Shown here piece by piece: positions 1-13,677 of a stretch of 64,000 nt of DNA. A program made the position numbers and the translations under genes. The stretch is from Balanoglossus misakiensis (Eukaryota; Animalia; Hemichordata): NCBI GenBank assembly GCA_040954595.2, contig CM082593.2, positions 4,977,434-5,041,433 of the forward strand, in the 5' to 3' direction. Position 1 is the first letter of the stretch, and each line of letters starts with the position of its first letter. The notes under the pieces are model-generated. The model ran no database searches. It was given only the letters and a program-made list of their open reading frames with translations, and was not told where the DNA came from.

Positions 1-851
1 GTTTTTTGAAACACGCTGGTTTAAATGTTATCTGACAGAGAGGTGTTTGATGCCCAACTGTCAGTCTAGTCTCCTTACAGGTAGGCCTATAAAATACAAA
101 AAAACAACAACTTTGACCTGTAATTTGTTGTCGTCTACAAGTGAACGTGTTTTCTGTATTTTCCTATCAATACAAAATGAAAGCTTACGTGTTATCGAAC
201 ACCTGGCCATAGGCATTATCATACAACCCGACTTCACACTGAGCGATCATATCCTTATATTCTTTCCACCAATCAAACTAATTCATTGACTCACACAGAT
301 GTTTCCATAACCAATCAACCAATCGCAACATGCCTTATCTCAGCTTATGTAGATTACATGTAATTTGAATCACGAGTCTCATTCTGAAGCTAGCCCCCAG
401 ACCGACAACGTGGAGTTTTCGAAGACGGGTGATGTTGTGCGTTGTTCAAAAGCCAGCGTTGGTGACTCGGAAAATATCGTGTACTGGTCAATTTTGGAAG
501 AAGAGAGTCGTGGTAAGTGGTACATCCTACAAATTCTAATCGACAAATTTAAATCCTGTGTCCGTAAGTAAAACAATATAATGTCAGTTTATTCTCACAC
601 GGAACGAAAATATCCATAGCCTTCTCAAAAGATGGCGACCTTCCTCCCCCAACGCGCGGTGAACATAAATATTGAAGACATTTCTCACGTTGACTTTCGA
701 AGCTTCCGAATACATGTCAAGAGAATTGAGTTCTGATTCTTATCTTGTTAAGTTCGGATATGGTATTTATGGGTTAATTTCAGTCGTTATTGTTCGGTGT
801 AATTTGTCAGTAAAAAATGTGTCGCGAAGTTCGTGGCATCGTGGTCTGCTG

Positions 852-868
852 TAGCGCCACCTGGTGTC
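852..868 (-). promoter_or_regulatory. CTCF-like motif
   Basis: The reverse complement reads GACACCAGGTGGCGCTA, close to the CTCF core CCASYAGRKGGCGC. A weaker, oppositely oriented motif GCCACAGGGGGCGT starts at about 933. Confidence 0.4.
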
Positions 869-1046
869 TATTGTTAAACCTGCAGGCACGGGATAGGCCA
901 CTCTCCGTTTACGAAAGACAAAACATAGTCATGCCACAGGGGGCGTTGTGCTTAGTTTGTCACTCGGACGTTTTAGAGAGGGGGGGGGGGGGAGATAGAC
1001 ACAGGAGATAGGCAGGCAGGCAGACAGAGAGACAGAGGATACACGC

Positions 1047-1251
1047 ACATACATACATACATACATACATACATACATACATACATACATACATACATAC
1101 ATACATACATACATACATACATACATACATACATACATACATACATACATACATACATACATACATACATACATACATACATACATACATACATACTCAA
1201 TACATACTCAATACATACATACATACATACTCAATACATACATACATACAT
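1047..1251. repeat. (TACA)n tetranucleotide microsatellite
   Basis: Perfect ACAT repeat from about 1047 to 1196, then interrupted by ACTCAAT units to about 1251. It generates the spurious MYVC-repeat ORFs. Confidence 0.98.
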
Positions 1252-4200
1252 CGCGTAAATAGACAGAGAGATAGACAGATGCATAGACGGTAAAATGGAT
1301 AGACAGACATAAACCACAGCAGCACGTATACATTACAAATACATTTAACCGGTATACGTGTCGAATAAACTATATTGTGCTATGTCATTCCACAAAAGCC
1401 CAGACAGACGGCCCGCCATCTATATGTGGTGGTTCTGCAATATGCCGTATTCATTGTCAGTGTTGGACACGTACGCATGGAAATCGCAGTAATAATGCCC
1501 ATCTCCAGGCGACTGCCGCACCGACCCCACGCCGTACATCGACCGCGACAAACCGCGAGATCGGTGTATATATTTTAAGGTTCAAGGACGTCTAAAAAAA
1601 GGGGGGGGGGGTACTCGAATGTCGGGTGCGGTGTTTACTTGTTGAAATATTAATGAACAACTTGATTTTACATACACAAGTAATGCAGGAGGACGGTAAT
1701 TGAAAGTTAATGGCGACTACAGCGATAAAGACGCACGACTTATGACGATCATTCAATCATGAAATCGCCCCAGTGACGATGACAAAGACCCTCCTTTCGC
1801 TGACAGATCTGCAAAGTTAGCACGACCGTCTGTCGCTGTAAATCCAGTCTTCCATTACTGTGATTTTGGCATGCCTTCAAAATGTCGTCCGCCTGGCTCT
1901 TTATTTCTGGTCGTCGTCCGAACGTTCGGAGTTTGGAAATGTAAAATACACGTGTTGTGTTGAAAATTCCGTATATGTATTAGGGATGAATCAATATGAT
2001 TTTCACCCGAGGGATTGGAATAATACCTTTCACTGTAGCCTTGTAGTTTCACATATTATTTTTCACAGTTTCAAAATGAGCTTTATTGAGAGATGTGAAT
2101 CAACCTGTTGTTACGTTATTCTTGTATAAGAAACGTATGTACATGTGCATGTGTAAGAACGAGTCAACAGATAAATTACCAGGGTAAGGTACGCGCAAAA
2201 CAGATATGGCCGCCAACGTCCTGCTTCATAGAAACCCCCAAATTGTATTATTGTATGTTCACCGTGTACATGTTATGTTTTATTTTAAGTTCATACCGAT
2301 TAGCCATGCCATTCTTTGGGGACATCTAAAATTATATTGATATCATAGTAAAGGGTCCCTTTTGGCCAAATCGATTTTTTTTTCTCTGAAAGAGTCACCA
2401 AAATATCAAAACCAGTGCTCCAAGTAAGAAATGTTGATATGTCAACTTATGAACGGGGACTTCGTCTGCTAGTCTGTGGTGCAAATCATGACAACCGCCA
2501 CATCACAAAAAGTTTCATCGGAATGAATTTGACAGCACTCTGTTTCAAAAATTAATATTTTTCAATCGACGACTTCCATGTTATCGGTGAGCTATTTCGC
2601 GAGACAAATCGAAACGTACACCCAAAACAAGGAATTTTTTGAGCGATCAGGAACGAAGGGGAAGTCGCGTGTTTGTCAAAAATGTCTATTCCCCAGACAC
2701 GCCTCGTTTGCTCAGTTGACCTGAAATGACCCCATCGAACTGACATTTCTCCAAAAACTAATAAATATTATCTTATGAACGACGCAGAGATATAGATGGT
2801 TTGATAAAATTTTCCATTGTGCAATAAAACCGTTACAGCGTACAGTTTCTATTTTTTGTCCGTTGCTATATTGGGGAAAAAAATCTATTACAAAAATGTG
2901 ATATATAGTTATGTTCGGATTTTGCATCGAGTTTGCATTGTTTTGGAATATCTGCGCTTACTGGGGACTAAGGGAGGAAGGGGAGAGGGGATTTTAAAAA
3001 TATTTTGTTTTCGTGAAACGAACGAAATCAACTCTGATACTGAAAAATACACCCTGGTGAAAACTTTCTTTCAGACTTGCACATTTACCCGTCAGAAACT
3101 ATGGTTGCTCGAAATGGTGGCGACAAGTTTTGAAGGATAATTTGCCCGTAAAGTTCGATATGTTTTGACCCTTGCTATTCGACGTATGTTTCAGTGATCC
3201 AAAATCTGCCAGAACTTTCGCGAGAAGTTTTCTAACGGCGTCAAAATCGAGCCATCGCAAAAAGAATAACGCAAATATCGAAATGGCAGGATCTTTTTTT
3301 CTGAGTGGAATGAAATAAACGCGATTCAATACAATTACAGATCGTTGAAGCGTGGTCGTCCGAAATTCTAGGGCTTCCCAATGTATTGTTTAAAAGTTAT
3401 CAATAATTCAGGATAGATACGCGCACGCAATCGGATATAATAGTGACGAGGGTTTTATTATGGGGGATCAGTTTCAGGGCGAAATTTGAGAAAAAGCCGA
3501 GCATATTGACACGCATCTGTAACTACCGCAAACTCTCAAGGATAAATCCATCCATCGAGGGCTAAATTATCAGCCGACAATGCTCTCTCCTCCGCCGAAG
3601 GGTTCCCCCTTTTTTTTATCTGACAGATTTTTGAGTAATGAAAAGGGGTTCCATTAACGACGACAATCACTGGACCGTTTGGTGGGTTTTACTAGCGCCG
3701 TCCCGGGGTACTCAAAACCTCCCACCGGTATTCAATCCTGGTAGCGGGGAAGCTTTTCGAAACCGGCAGTGACACCCCGTACACAATGTACGGCAGGCGT
3801 GGTCGATGTGCCGTAATTACCCCTCGTGATTAATGGCGCAGCGAGCAGGATGTGACAGTTGGCGCTCGCTCCAACTTTTCAATACGCAAATGGGCAAATG
3901 GAAGAATAACGACAATTTGAACATCTCTCTGGGAGAGGGGTGTGCGGCATCAATTGAAAACTGCGTGTGTGCCACCATGTTGTCGGCTATAAATTATACG
4001 TCACTTTGGGCCGCTGCACCCGGCGTGACAGCGCGGGCCCCGTTAACTGCCCTCCCCGGGGACAACCTCCACAAATTTGTACACTTTTTCAATTGAGTTG
4101 AGTTGTGTGACCATCTCCCATCGTTGCTCTTTACGCGTCCGCTGAGACCGCTCGCTAAGGGACTCTGTCCGCCCTCGCCTCCGGGTCCACATCAACTTAA

Positions 4201-5784
4201 GTAAAAATAAACATTAATCAGTTTCTGCGGTGTACCAGTCCCCAGCCTGCAGGCAGAAAACGCCCTTGGCAAAACGGCGAACGGTAACCAAAAACAGAAA
4301 TGAATTTTCCATTGAAAAGTCAATATTGACAATACCATCACAGAGTCCAGGTTTAACAGAATAGCGTCCGAAAAGAAGAAGAATAAAAATAAAATTTTGA
4401 GGAAAAAATCTGTAATATTCGTCCATGTATACATATACGAGCTGGCTTTGTCACAGTGCAAAGTACTAGTCGGATCTGTCAACGTTCAAAACCAGACTGA
4501 ACACTCAACAGATTTTGGCTCATGTTAGTGGTTTTAGGAAATGGTCATTTCTTTCTGGAAAAGGGGTTCCTTGGTTTTCTGTAAAAATGATTTGTGTAAT
4601 GTAAGGTTGCAGAGTGATCAGGTGTTATTCAAGAATTGTGACATCCGAGGGCGCTGTTTGGTGGATAATAAAATATCTTTCGGCAGTCAGGAAATGAATA
4701 AATGAAACACTTTTTTATGGACAAGAATTTTCAAAGGAAAGTGTAAAAACTCGAACTAGAAAACAGTTTGTTCGTTACGCGTATACAGGAGGACAGTTCA
4801 TGATGTGTCGAAACTGATGTGACGACGTTAGTTGTAACTTAAGTAAAACCTGAACGAATGAAAATTAAGTCATCTGTTAGCATGGTCGTGAACGATACGT
4901 TATTGTGCAGAAGACTAGAATATTCCGATTCCTTTAAACCTAGTTATTTTTTGAGTTCTTCAGCGGGTCACTTAGGTACAGAATCACCCACAAACACACG
5001 TACACTCTCTTCCTAATCACACACCCCGGCCAGGGTACATTATGAATTTTGTAACTTTTAAGTACCACGTGACTGCTCCCCCAGCCGAGCACCTGACCCA
5101 GTCTACGGAGGGTTCAGTTCTGTTTGTGATCACCTTTTTAATGAAATAATCGCTACTTTAATGGGATTGGCATAATGGGTTAAGTAGAAAAATCCGTGAT
5201 AGCGGAACCTGACGACACTTGACGGGGTCGCCAAGTCTGTCTCCGACTGCGCGACTGCCACTTTTGGTTTTCTTCCGAAAAAACTCCGTTTTGGTTGAGC
5301 ATATAGAACAGATTACACAATTCTAACAAGGTTGAAAAGTGCTCCGTCCATCCATGATTCAGATACCGTGGTTGAAACAAATCCTTCTGTAGCTTTGTCT
5401 GCTTTGAATGAATTTTAAGCAAGCGTGCGCTTCATATCGGCGTTAATGGTTTGTTAGTGTGTTTGGCGACAGAGGAAAATATTTATCTCGCTAATCGACC
5501 GTTAATTGCTGTCACAGATTAACACAGAGATATGACCTATGACCTCGTTATGCTCATTACCGAACAGGTTTGGTGCCAAACTGGTGGTCACCGGCCGCGC
5601 CGGTGATGCAAGGCGCAAGCCACCGAAGCGACCTTCGATTTTTCCCGGTCTGTTTGCCGACTTATTTTTGCAACGTCACGTGAGCCACCGCACGATTTCT
5701 GCGCACAGATGATGCATTGCCATGGTGATGAAGTATTGCACCATTATCTCTGGTACGTGATATTCTGAAATTGCCAACAATTCT

Positions 5785-5950
5785 AAGAGAGAGGGGGGAT
5801 GAGAAGAGAGAGCGAGGGAGAGAGAGAGAGAGGGAGAGGGAGGGAGGGAGAGGGAGGGAGGGAGGGAGAGGGAGAGAGAGAGACAGACAGACATGGGGAG
5901 AAGGGGAGGGAGAGAGGAGAGATACAGACAGAGATAGACATAGAGACAGA
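5785..5950. repeat. GA/GGGA purine-rich simple repeat
   Basis: Imperfect (GA)n/(GGGA)n/(GACA)n tract. Confidence 0.9.
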
Positions 5951-8900
5951 AAAAGGTAGAGGACAATCGTACATACATTCATTACATACATACACAGACA
6001 GACGCATACATGTGCATACAAACGTCGAAAAAAGATGACAGGGGAACAATGAACATAGTATTTTTATATTTCTCGCATGACTCATACCCAAGCCAGACAA
6101 TCAGTCTTTGGTCAGCAGCTTTTGAATGGGATTAGGGAGCGCCTGCTGGCACGTGTCATCATGTTAAAGAATCCTAACTTCCATACAGTCGTCGTCAGGC
6201 AGACAAAGCAGAAAACACATTTTCAACAAAAAACTGATATCATGACAGTTGTTTTATGGCTCGGGCGTAATTTTGTGACAGGCAGGCTCTCTATATCAGA
6301 ATGCAAAATAATGAGCACGTTGTAAGCATTTATTTTACAAGAGAGCTGCCTAATGTTTTTAAAAACACGAGGATGATTACCAAACAATGATGAACCTCTT
6401 GGCTACAATAAAACGATTTGTGGAGGTACCCGTGTCACTGCATAGTCTAAACGTGATTGTCCACCACAGACAGATGATTTGCTATTGGCGCCTTTATCAG
6501 GCACACCGAACAATTTCTTCTGACATTGTCAGAAACAGATAAAGCAGTAACTTTTCAGATCTGCCAATATTTTGTCATTTGCAGTAAAAGAGCACTGTAG
6601 TACCGCCGCAGCCATGTTGACTGCTCGGTTGGCCAATAAGATCAGGCCTTACAAAATGTGTGCACTACCAAGAAATGTTTCCATGTTAGGACTTGAAGCA
6701 CTATGGGAAATGGCAAACTCGAACTCGTGTGAGGTTGCTCAATGCCTCGCCATATTATGTACATGGAATTACAAAGACAATTTTGCTCAAAGTCTATGTT
6801 TACGTCGCAGTCGCTTGGCATGCCGGGATGTGAAAATCATCATAAATCCAATATGGCGCACCGCGCGATTCCAACATGGCCGTTTTACGTTGCCTTGTGA
6901 ACACGTGTCCAATTTACGATCATAAATAATGCACATTCTAATCAGGCGGAGGGATTTTCTTCGGCAAACATTCGTCAAATATGATGGCAATTTCCACATA
7001 AATCTCCCCTTTCCGTAATTTTGAATGTCGTCAATTGTCAACTAATTTCACCTTATGACCAGGGGCGGTGTTTGCTAATTTTCCTTTCTTTTGATTGAAA
7101 AATACGGGGTTTAAGAGTTTGGCTAGGAAAACAGCAATCAAAATCCCTCTTAACCGTGCTTTAAATAAACACTTGTTCCCTCTGACAGCTGTGTTGTAGT
7201 ATGCGAGAACTGGTGGTTTGCATCCTGCGGTCGTGTGGCATGGGGGGCTGGGATGCAAGCAATGTGTTGATTTCTGAGTCAACAATCTTGATGAGTCTGC
7301 GCGCAGTTTGCCTCCGCTGGATATAGCACATAACGACATCAAAATTAGTGCGACTAGTTGCTGACTCAATAAAGCCAGCGGTAAAACACACATGGATTAT
7401 TATATTATGACTATGTTTTCAGAACAGAACGACCAGACTTGTAGGGCCGTCGAAGTCACCATCCCTGGACAGTAATAGTTTATGTTACAGTAGTAGGCTA
7501 CATCATATCGCTGACAAGATTACGTTGCTAAACACCAAATACTTGAACCCGCCCAAACAATATAGCCAACATTTACAAAAACAGGTATACACGCTGTGGC
7601 TAGAAAGTGCAAATCGACGTGATGATTTTTAAGTAACACTTAATTCAACACACATTTGTGATTGATCCGAGAAGTGAAAAGCGTTTTTTTTTTGCGCTGA
7701 CGACGAGTGCATGCGAAGGTGACAGATCTTCGAAGCGGTAGCGAAAGACACGGGCGCCGCCATATTTGTTTCTGGAATACACTGAAGTCACCCAAAGCCT
7801 GTAGTTTTATATACAAAGAAACATTTATGCCTACGTTTCTGCAGAAAACGTCGCCATTTTTCGTTGCGATTAGTTGATAGTTGAGCTACGGTGACACTGT
7901 TGTTACTGTTACTTCGAAGAAGGGGCTGATATCCTATGATTACTCGCACAGCTAACAATTTTATTGATACCGAATTTACGTGAATATCTGTTGTATTAGT
8001 AAAAAAGGTGTGAGCTAAAAGAAACACATCGGAAAGATTAACGAGACGGGGCAAAATCCAGGAGTGTTTATCGCTCGGTTAACAGGGATTGATCATAAAT
8101 ATTATATTTAAACAGAAAGCGAGCAGAAAACTTTAGCGATATTCAATGTGTAAAGCTGACGCAGACTTGTTGTATGTTCATGCAGGTCGCAGCACCGCGT
8201 CTGTGGCGAGCGGACTCCGCCGGTCATGTCCGATGTTACCTCGTGTGGACGGTCGATTGTATAGTTTTTCAAGTTTTTGAAGGCAGGTTATAGCCAAACA
8301 GATTTGTCGTCACTGAATATAATTAGTCATTTCGTAAATTCTGTACTTCAAAATCGCTATTTCTCACTTCGGCGAGTCGTGTGTTTGGACTTTGCTGTCG
8401 GCTGAGAGCAAAATATGAACTGGGACGCTTTACGTATACGATGGGTAGTGTGTTTTGGTTCGCACTGAATGCATAATGTCCGAGTCATTCAAGATATTTG
8501 AGAAGACACCTGTTGGCCGAAGTTTTACGTAACAGGACATTCCCTTTACCGGTCTTTCAAAATCGTGTTGAAAAGTTACCAGCTGTAGTCCGTTAAAATG
8601 GAAGCAAAGCCACTCTGAAATAATTTTCAAAATCGAACCCGGCAGGCAGCTGTCCCAATGAGGTGATTTTATGCCCGTGTCGCCAGATACCGTTCACACG
8701 GTGTTTTGGTCAGGTTTGACGTGTTTTTCGAAACTTAAAAATAGAGAAATACTCCAGACTTTATCCCAGGTGTGATATTGAAATTCGAACGTTTGTGGGT
8801 CTATCTTGCTGTTCAAGTTACTCACAAGTAGATAACGAAATGGTCAAAGAAAGAAAGAAAGAAAGTCGCCCGTTTGCGATCGGCGTCGTTGGCTGAAGCG

Positions 8901-11137
8901 AGCGAATATCCAATGTTTCAGTACAGCTCTATTGTCACGGTGCGCACGGCACACCTGGCTGGTACACAAGAAGACAGACCCGACTACGTCAACATGTATG
9001 TCGTTCCTGCTATCAAGTCCATAACAGTGTTAAACTGCCACAACCTTGATGGAAACGTATCGTTTGTCTAACTTCATAATGACTCGCCAAATATGCAACA
9101 AATACACAGCCCGGAAAATAGCGTTTAAAATCGAGAAAAGTCTGACATAATGATACGATGTCTATTGTATGTCTGTTGATTTCGCCTTGGTAATTTTAAG
9201 ACTTTTCGACGCGGGTCCTAAAATTCGTGAGTGGCCGTTTGTCGGCCCGCATGTTGTGCGACACTCCCAGAAATATGTTGATTTTGTCACTTTCAAGCAC
9301 AGTTTCCCAAGGAAAATAAATAACAGCCTCATCTGACGCTGAGAACAAGATCGCCAGTTATACATTTTCACCCACAAAACTAAACAGTGTTACCTGGCAC
9401 TCTGGTCACACGTACAAGATTGCAGTGGACGACTCTTGCAAACAGATCGATAGCAAATTACAAGATTTCGTCGTTACAAGAGAATGTTATTGTCCCAACA
9501 CGTTGGCGTTATGAATATTTTTTTTCTAAATTCGCGCAACCTTCTGAAATATTACCGTGTTTCTTATGAAGCTGACTTGTGTGTTTTTCCCAGCATATAA
9601 ATTTTAGCGGTCGGTTCACAAAAACAGCCCGGTGTGTTGCGTTTTGAAATCAAGTGAAATGGACATTGAATCTGTTTTATTGAAAATGAACTTTAAAAAG
9701 GTCGGTAAAATCGAGAACACCCTTGAAGGAATTCTTTCATATGGCAGTGAAATACAGAATTAATTGCAAGTGACTGGAAGTGTCTGAGGACAAGGAGTAG
9801 CCACTTGACAATATGATTTAGTGGCTTGGAAAGAGACGAGGCTTGCACAGGTGTTCGGCTCTGCCTGTGTGATTAACAATGTGCTGTGCGGAGCCCATCA
9901 AATAACAGTAATAAAGTGATTTTCATAACACTTCTGATGCTGCATTCCACGCTGTTAGTTTTTCGCTCGAATGCTTGGCTGGTCAGATTTCACAGAGATT
10001 ATGAATTCAGAATCGAGTGAGATTGTCGTCTGGTAGAAATGTTCACTTTTTCTTGCGCTCTTTTACAGATTCTGTGAGTGTCCCGTTGAGAACGCCTCTG
10101 TGAGTAGTCACGACTCCCTGTTGCAGCCCAGCCCAGCCAAGCCAAGCCCAATTCAAGGTACCATACTTAAATGATTATAGTCGATTTAAGTATCTCACAA
10201 ACCGATGATCTGCCGTTTAGTAACGGTTTAGTAACGTGACAAAAACCGACAATGTGATTAATTTGAGCGAGTCAAGCGGTCCAGCCAGACAAAAAAAGTG
10301 TAAAGGTTTCGTCAATAATTATTTATTGCAAGCGTCCGTGCGTAAGGAAGTTGACAGTCAGTTTACTTAAAGGGCGGAGTGATCGTAATTGGCCTTATCA
10401 CCGAGGTTTGTACTTTTCGTCTGTATACGTCCTTTCATCGAAATCAAGTATAAAACATCCATTCAGGGTTCACCTCTTGTGCTACTGGTTGAGTTGAGTA
10501 CCCGTCGTGCACTCCACGTCAGAGAGTTCACTAACCCGTTGCACGGTAACCGACACTAGCAAACAAGATTTATTTTGTCGTTTTGAACACACGAACCATT
10601 GTTTGGCGTTGGTACGAAACCCGAAGAGGAATATATGTGCCAATTTCCGCAAAAAAAATCGCGTGCAGTTTGAAACGGAGCCGTCGTGCAAGAGCAGGAA
10701 TACCGTTTTCTTTTCGTCTGGATAAAGATTGTTATAACCACCTTCTGTGGGTGTACTAGTGTTTGCTAACTCGTGTCCGAAGAGCCTGCGAAACCAACCT
10801 TCTTTGTAGTATAACCGCACGAGAACTTCTGAACCGCACGAATAGGCCCGCAAAAATTCCTTTTCACGAAGAAGCCCGACGCACAATTTAGTTCAGTTAT
10901 CCAGAATGTGGAAGTGTATTTTTTTTTCTGGGGGGTGCACCAGTGATGTGAGTGGGTTGACGGTTTATTGTCATCCCGCGCACGTAGTCCACGATTTTTC
11001 AATGGAACTGCTCAATACATTTCCGTTTTTAATGGTCCCATTAATTTCATGCAATTTAAAACTTGCTGTTTTTGTGTGTAGACACTCCGGCTGGCAAAGT
11101 TCACAGGTGTTAAGCCCCACTACATGTCCTGCTTGTC

Positions 11138-11198
11138 AGAGAGAGAGGGAGAGGGAGGGAGAGTGAGTGGACGGGGGGGGGGGGGAAAGAGAGAGACA
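11138..11198. repeat. GA / poly-G low-complexity tract
   Basis: gagagagggagagggaggga followed by a G-run. Confidence 0.8.
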
Positions 11199-12769
11199 CT
11201 AAGAGGGGTATGCATATCAGACGGAGAGGCTAAAATTTTAGTCGTGTGCGGTACTTCAAAACACGGACATCTATCAGATCAGAGTATATATACGTGTACA
11301 ATGTACTATCATTTACGCTAATATGGCCGAATTGAACGTAATGTTTTCCATGACTGCAAGGCAATCTGTGGACAGTTTGTTTAAGAAAGTTTTCCCCAAA
11401 CTACTTAGCCCCAAATGCCTGAGTTACAAGTCTCCCAAGGTCACACAGTTACGAGGTGCGCACACTTCTGAAGATTACGTACCAAATTCACCATAAACCT
11501 CAATTACAGTCGCCACTCTCAAAGGCCCCATAGGTCGACGAAAAAAGGGACACAAACAACAACAGGTTGCAATTATTGCCAGTTTTTTATTTACACACGT
11601 CTCCCTCGTATAAAGTTATGTTTACAAAAACAAGGGAAGCGGAATGTGCTCGTCTTTGTGATAATTCTTGAAAAGTCGCAATACAAGAATGAAGAGAAGT
11701 AATACTCAGAACTTGAAAAGAAATATTTGCCCCAATAAAACTGCCCTAAAAGGACCTGAAATTGCTCTGACTGACAGACAGACATGTTTTTGTCTTGTTT
11801 TCCAATAACCGGGTGTCCACAGATCAGAAAAAAAAAACATATTGTATTCCAGCATGTTCAAACAAGATCACTAATCATAAGAAAAAAATCACCTTCCCCT
11901 GCCCAAGGGTGCGTATTTTCTGATATGATATCAAAAATGAAAAAAAGATTCTGTTTCATACAGAAAACGACTAAACTAAAAATAAAATATGTACGCTATT
12001 GAACAAATTAATGGATGGTCTCGTATGACGCCGCTTGAAGTAAATATTGGCGAAAACACAAACTTGGTGACGTCACGTTCGATTGAACGACAAAAACGTA
12101 AGGTTACTTGATCAATTGTAATAACAGCAAAAATGAATATCGATTAGTTGTATATGGCATGAGAACCTCGTTGAAAGTAAAATGTGCATTATTGTGGAAA
12201 AAGGGTTTTAGTTGAGAATTGAAAAACTCCTAGTGGTCGCCCCCTGCTCCACTCTCGGGTCCAACAGGTGTATGGTTCTCATACAAAGTAATTGCGCTGT
12301 GGTCGTGTACGGTCGAACATATGTACAAGAGGTTTAAATGATTCCGTTTACATTATCACCGCACAAATTAGACCCCCATTCGTTAATACATTTAAAAAAA
12401 AATTCAAATTTCTCACAAATAAGAGTAAAGATTTCTCATTTTCGATCAAAGAGATGAAAACGCGTTTGTTACAACACTGAAAAATATCATGCAATTTGTA
12501 GTAAAATTTGTGAGTAATCGTTTCGGCTTAAATTTGATTTCGAGTAGAGCCATAAAACTTAGACTATATGCAGTCAATTTCTAATCATCGAGAGATTGAA
12601 TTTAGCAAACACTCCAAAAGAGTGACATCTTAATAATGGATAAAAATACACAAAAATGAGTGGCAAAACTACAGTATGAACACGGAGTTTAACGCTTTTA
12701 GCTGAGCTTTAATTTGCATAAAGTAACTTTCCAACGCGTATTTTAATACCTTAAAGCCAAACACTATCT

Positions 12770-12999
12770 TTTATTTTTGTCGTATACAGCAGAAAAGATT
12801 TTGGATCGGATATTTTCTTTCAAAATTGCGTTTAAATAACTTACGTACGTGCACATGTCAGCACTGGTCGGTATAAGCTTATGCCGTCATGCGCGGCGAG
12901 TGAGAGAATTATGGGAGAGCTTCACGCAGGAAGATATACAAATGAAAATACGATTACAACTTGCATTAGAATTATGACAAGTGTACATTCAAGTTTAAT
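12770..12999 (-). terminator. Candidate polyadenylation signals of the Pitx-like paralog
   Basis: On the minus strand, ATTAAA at 12999-12994 and AATAAA at 12775-12770, about 200 and 430 nt downstream of the stop codon. Confidence 0.35.
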
Positions 13000-13200
13000 T
13001 GTCTAAATTTTGCCTTTTCCAAAAAAGGCTCTTGTTCATTGTACAAATATATGAATGAAGGCAGGAACGTTGTAGATGAGGTGCGACTCAGAGACCTCAC
13101 GTAAGTTGACAGGTAGCACACTTCACATCGTAGTTTGACGCGGTGCAGTGCGCAAGTTCATGACGTGTCATGAATCATCAGTGCGACCAATCAGGGTCCG

Positions 13201-13677
13201 TCAGACGGCATAAGCGCAAGATGGAAGTTTGGTTTCTTGTCCTATTTGCGAAAATCCGATATTTGACTTCTGGATAACCGGCTTCACGTCCGCCACGCTG
13301 TTGGGGTACTGTCCTTGGAAGTGATACGACTGCGCATGCCCGAAGCATCCTTGGCCGTGGTAGTTGCCGCTGATGCCGTTTCGGGCCGACTGAGCGTCCG
13401 TCACGTACTGAGTCGTGTGGTTGAACCCAAAGTTCTGGTTCGGGGTCGTCAACGGCGTGCTCCCCGTGTTGAAAGACCAACTGAAATTCGGCGAGTTCAG
13501 CGCGTTCGCTGTTTTCCGGAGCAGGCCGTTGTATGGGTTGTAGTTGCCATAGATACTCTCGGCGACCGGGTCGAGTTGGCTGGGTAGCATTCCATAGGGC
13601 GTCCCATAACCGTTCTTGATGTCGGCAACTTTGCAGTCACGTTTTCTCCACTTCGCGCGGCGGTTTTTGAACCAAAC
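13201..13677 (-). CDS. Divergent Pitx-like homeobox gene, last coding exon (homeodomain 47-60 and C-terminus)
   Basis: Acceptor ttcttggtag|GTTTGG. Translates VWFKNRRAKWRKRDCKVADIKNGYGTPYGMLPSQLDPVAESIYGNYNPYN...YHFQGQYPNSVADVKPVIQKSNIGFSQIGQETKLPSCAYAV*. K50 recognition helix, and the C-terminal LPSCAYAV is homologous to the Pitx LSACQYA(V) tail. Confidence 0.93.
   Translation of the reverse strand, partial: VWFKNRRAKWRKRDCKVADIKNGYGTPYGMLPSQLDPVAESIYGNYNPYNGLLRKTANALNSPNFSWSFNTGSTPLTTPNQNFGFNHTTQYVTDAQSARNGISGNYHGQGCFGHAQSYHFQGQYPNSVADVKPVIQKSNIGFSQIGQETKLPSCAYAV

Noticed and set aside
365-517. Possible exon ending at a GTAAGT donor (about 512)
   Set aside because: No clear acceptor, partner exon or homology.
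929-1224. MYVC-repeat ORFs
   Set aside because: Translation of the (TACA)n microsatellite.
5662-6100. ER/GR-rich and SL/P-rich ORFs
   Set aside because: Translation of a GA-rich simple repeat.
7460-8660. MITE/Kolobok-like fragments here and at about 2350-2970, 13735 and 61200-61980 (ends such as gctgtcccttTAA)
   Set aside because: I could not match paired terminal inverted repeats or target-site duplications within the window. They are probably repeat debris, but this cannot be supported without a repeat library.
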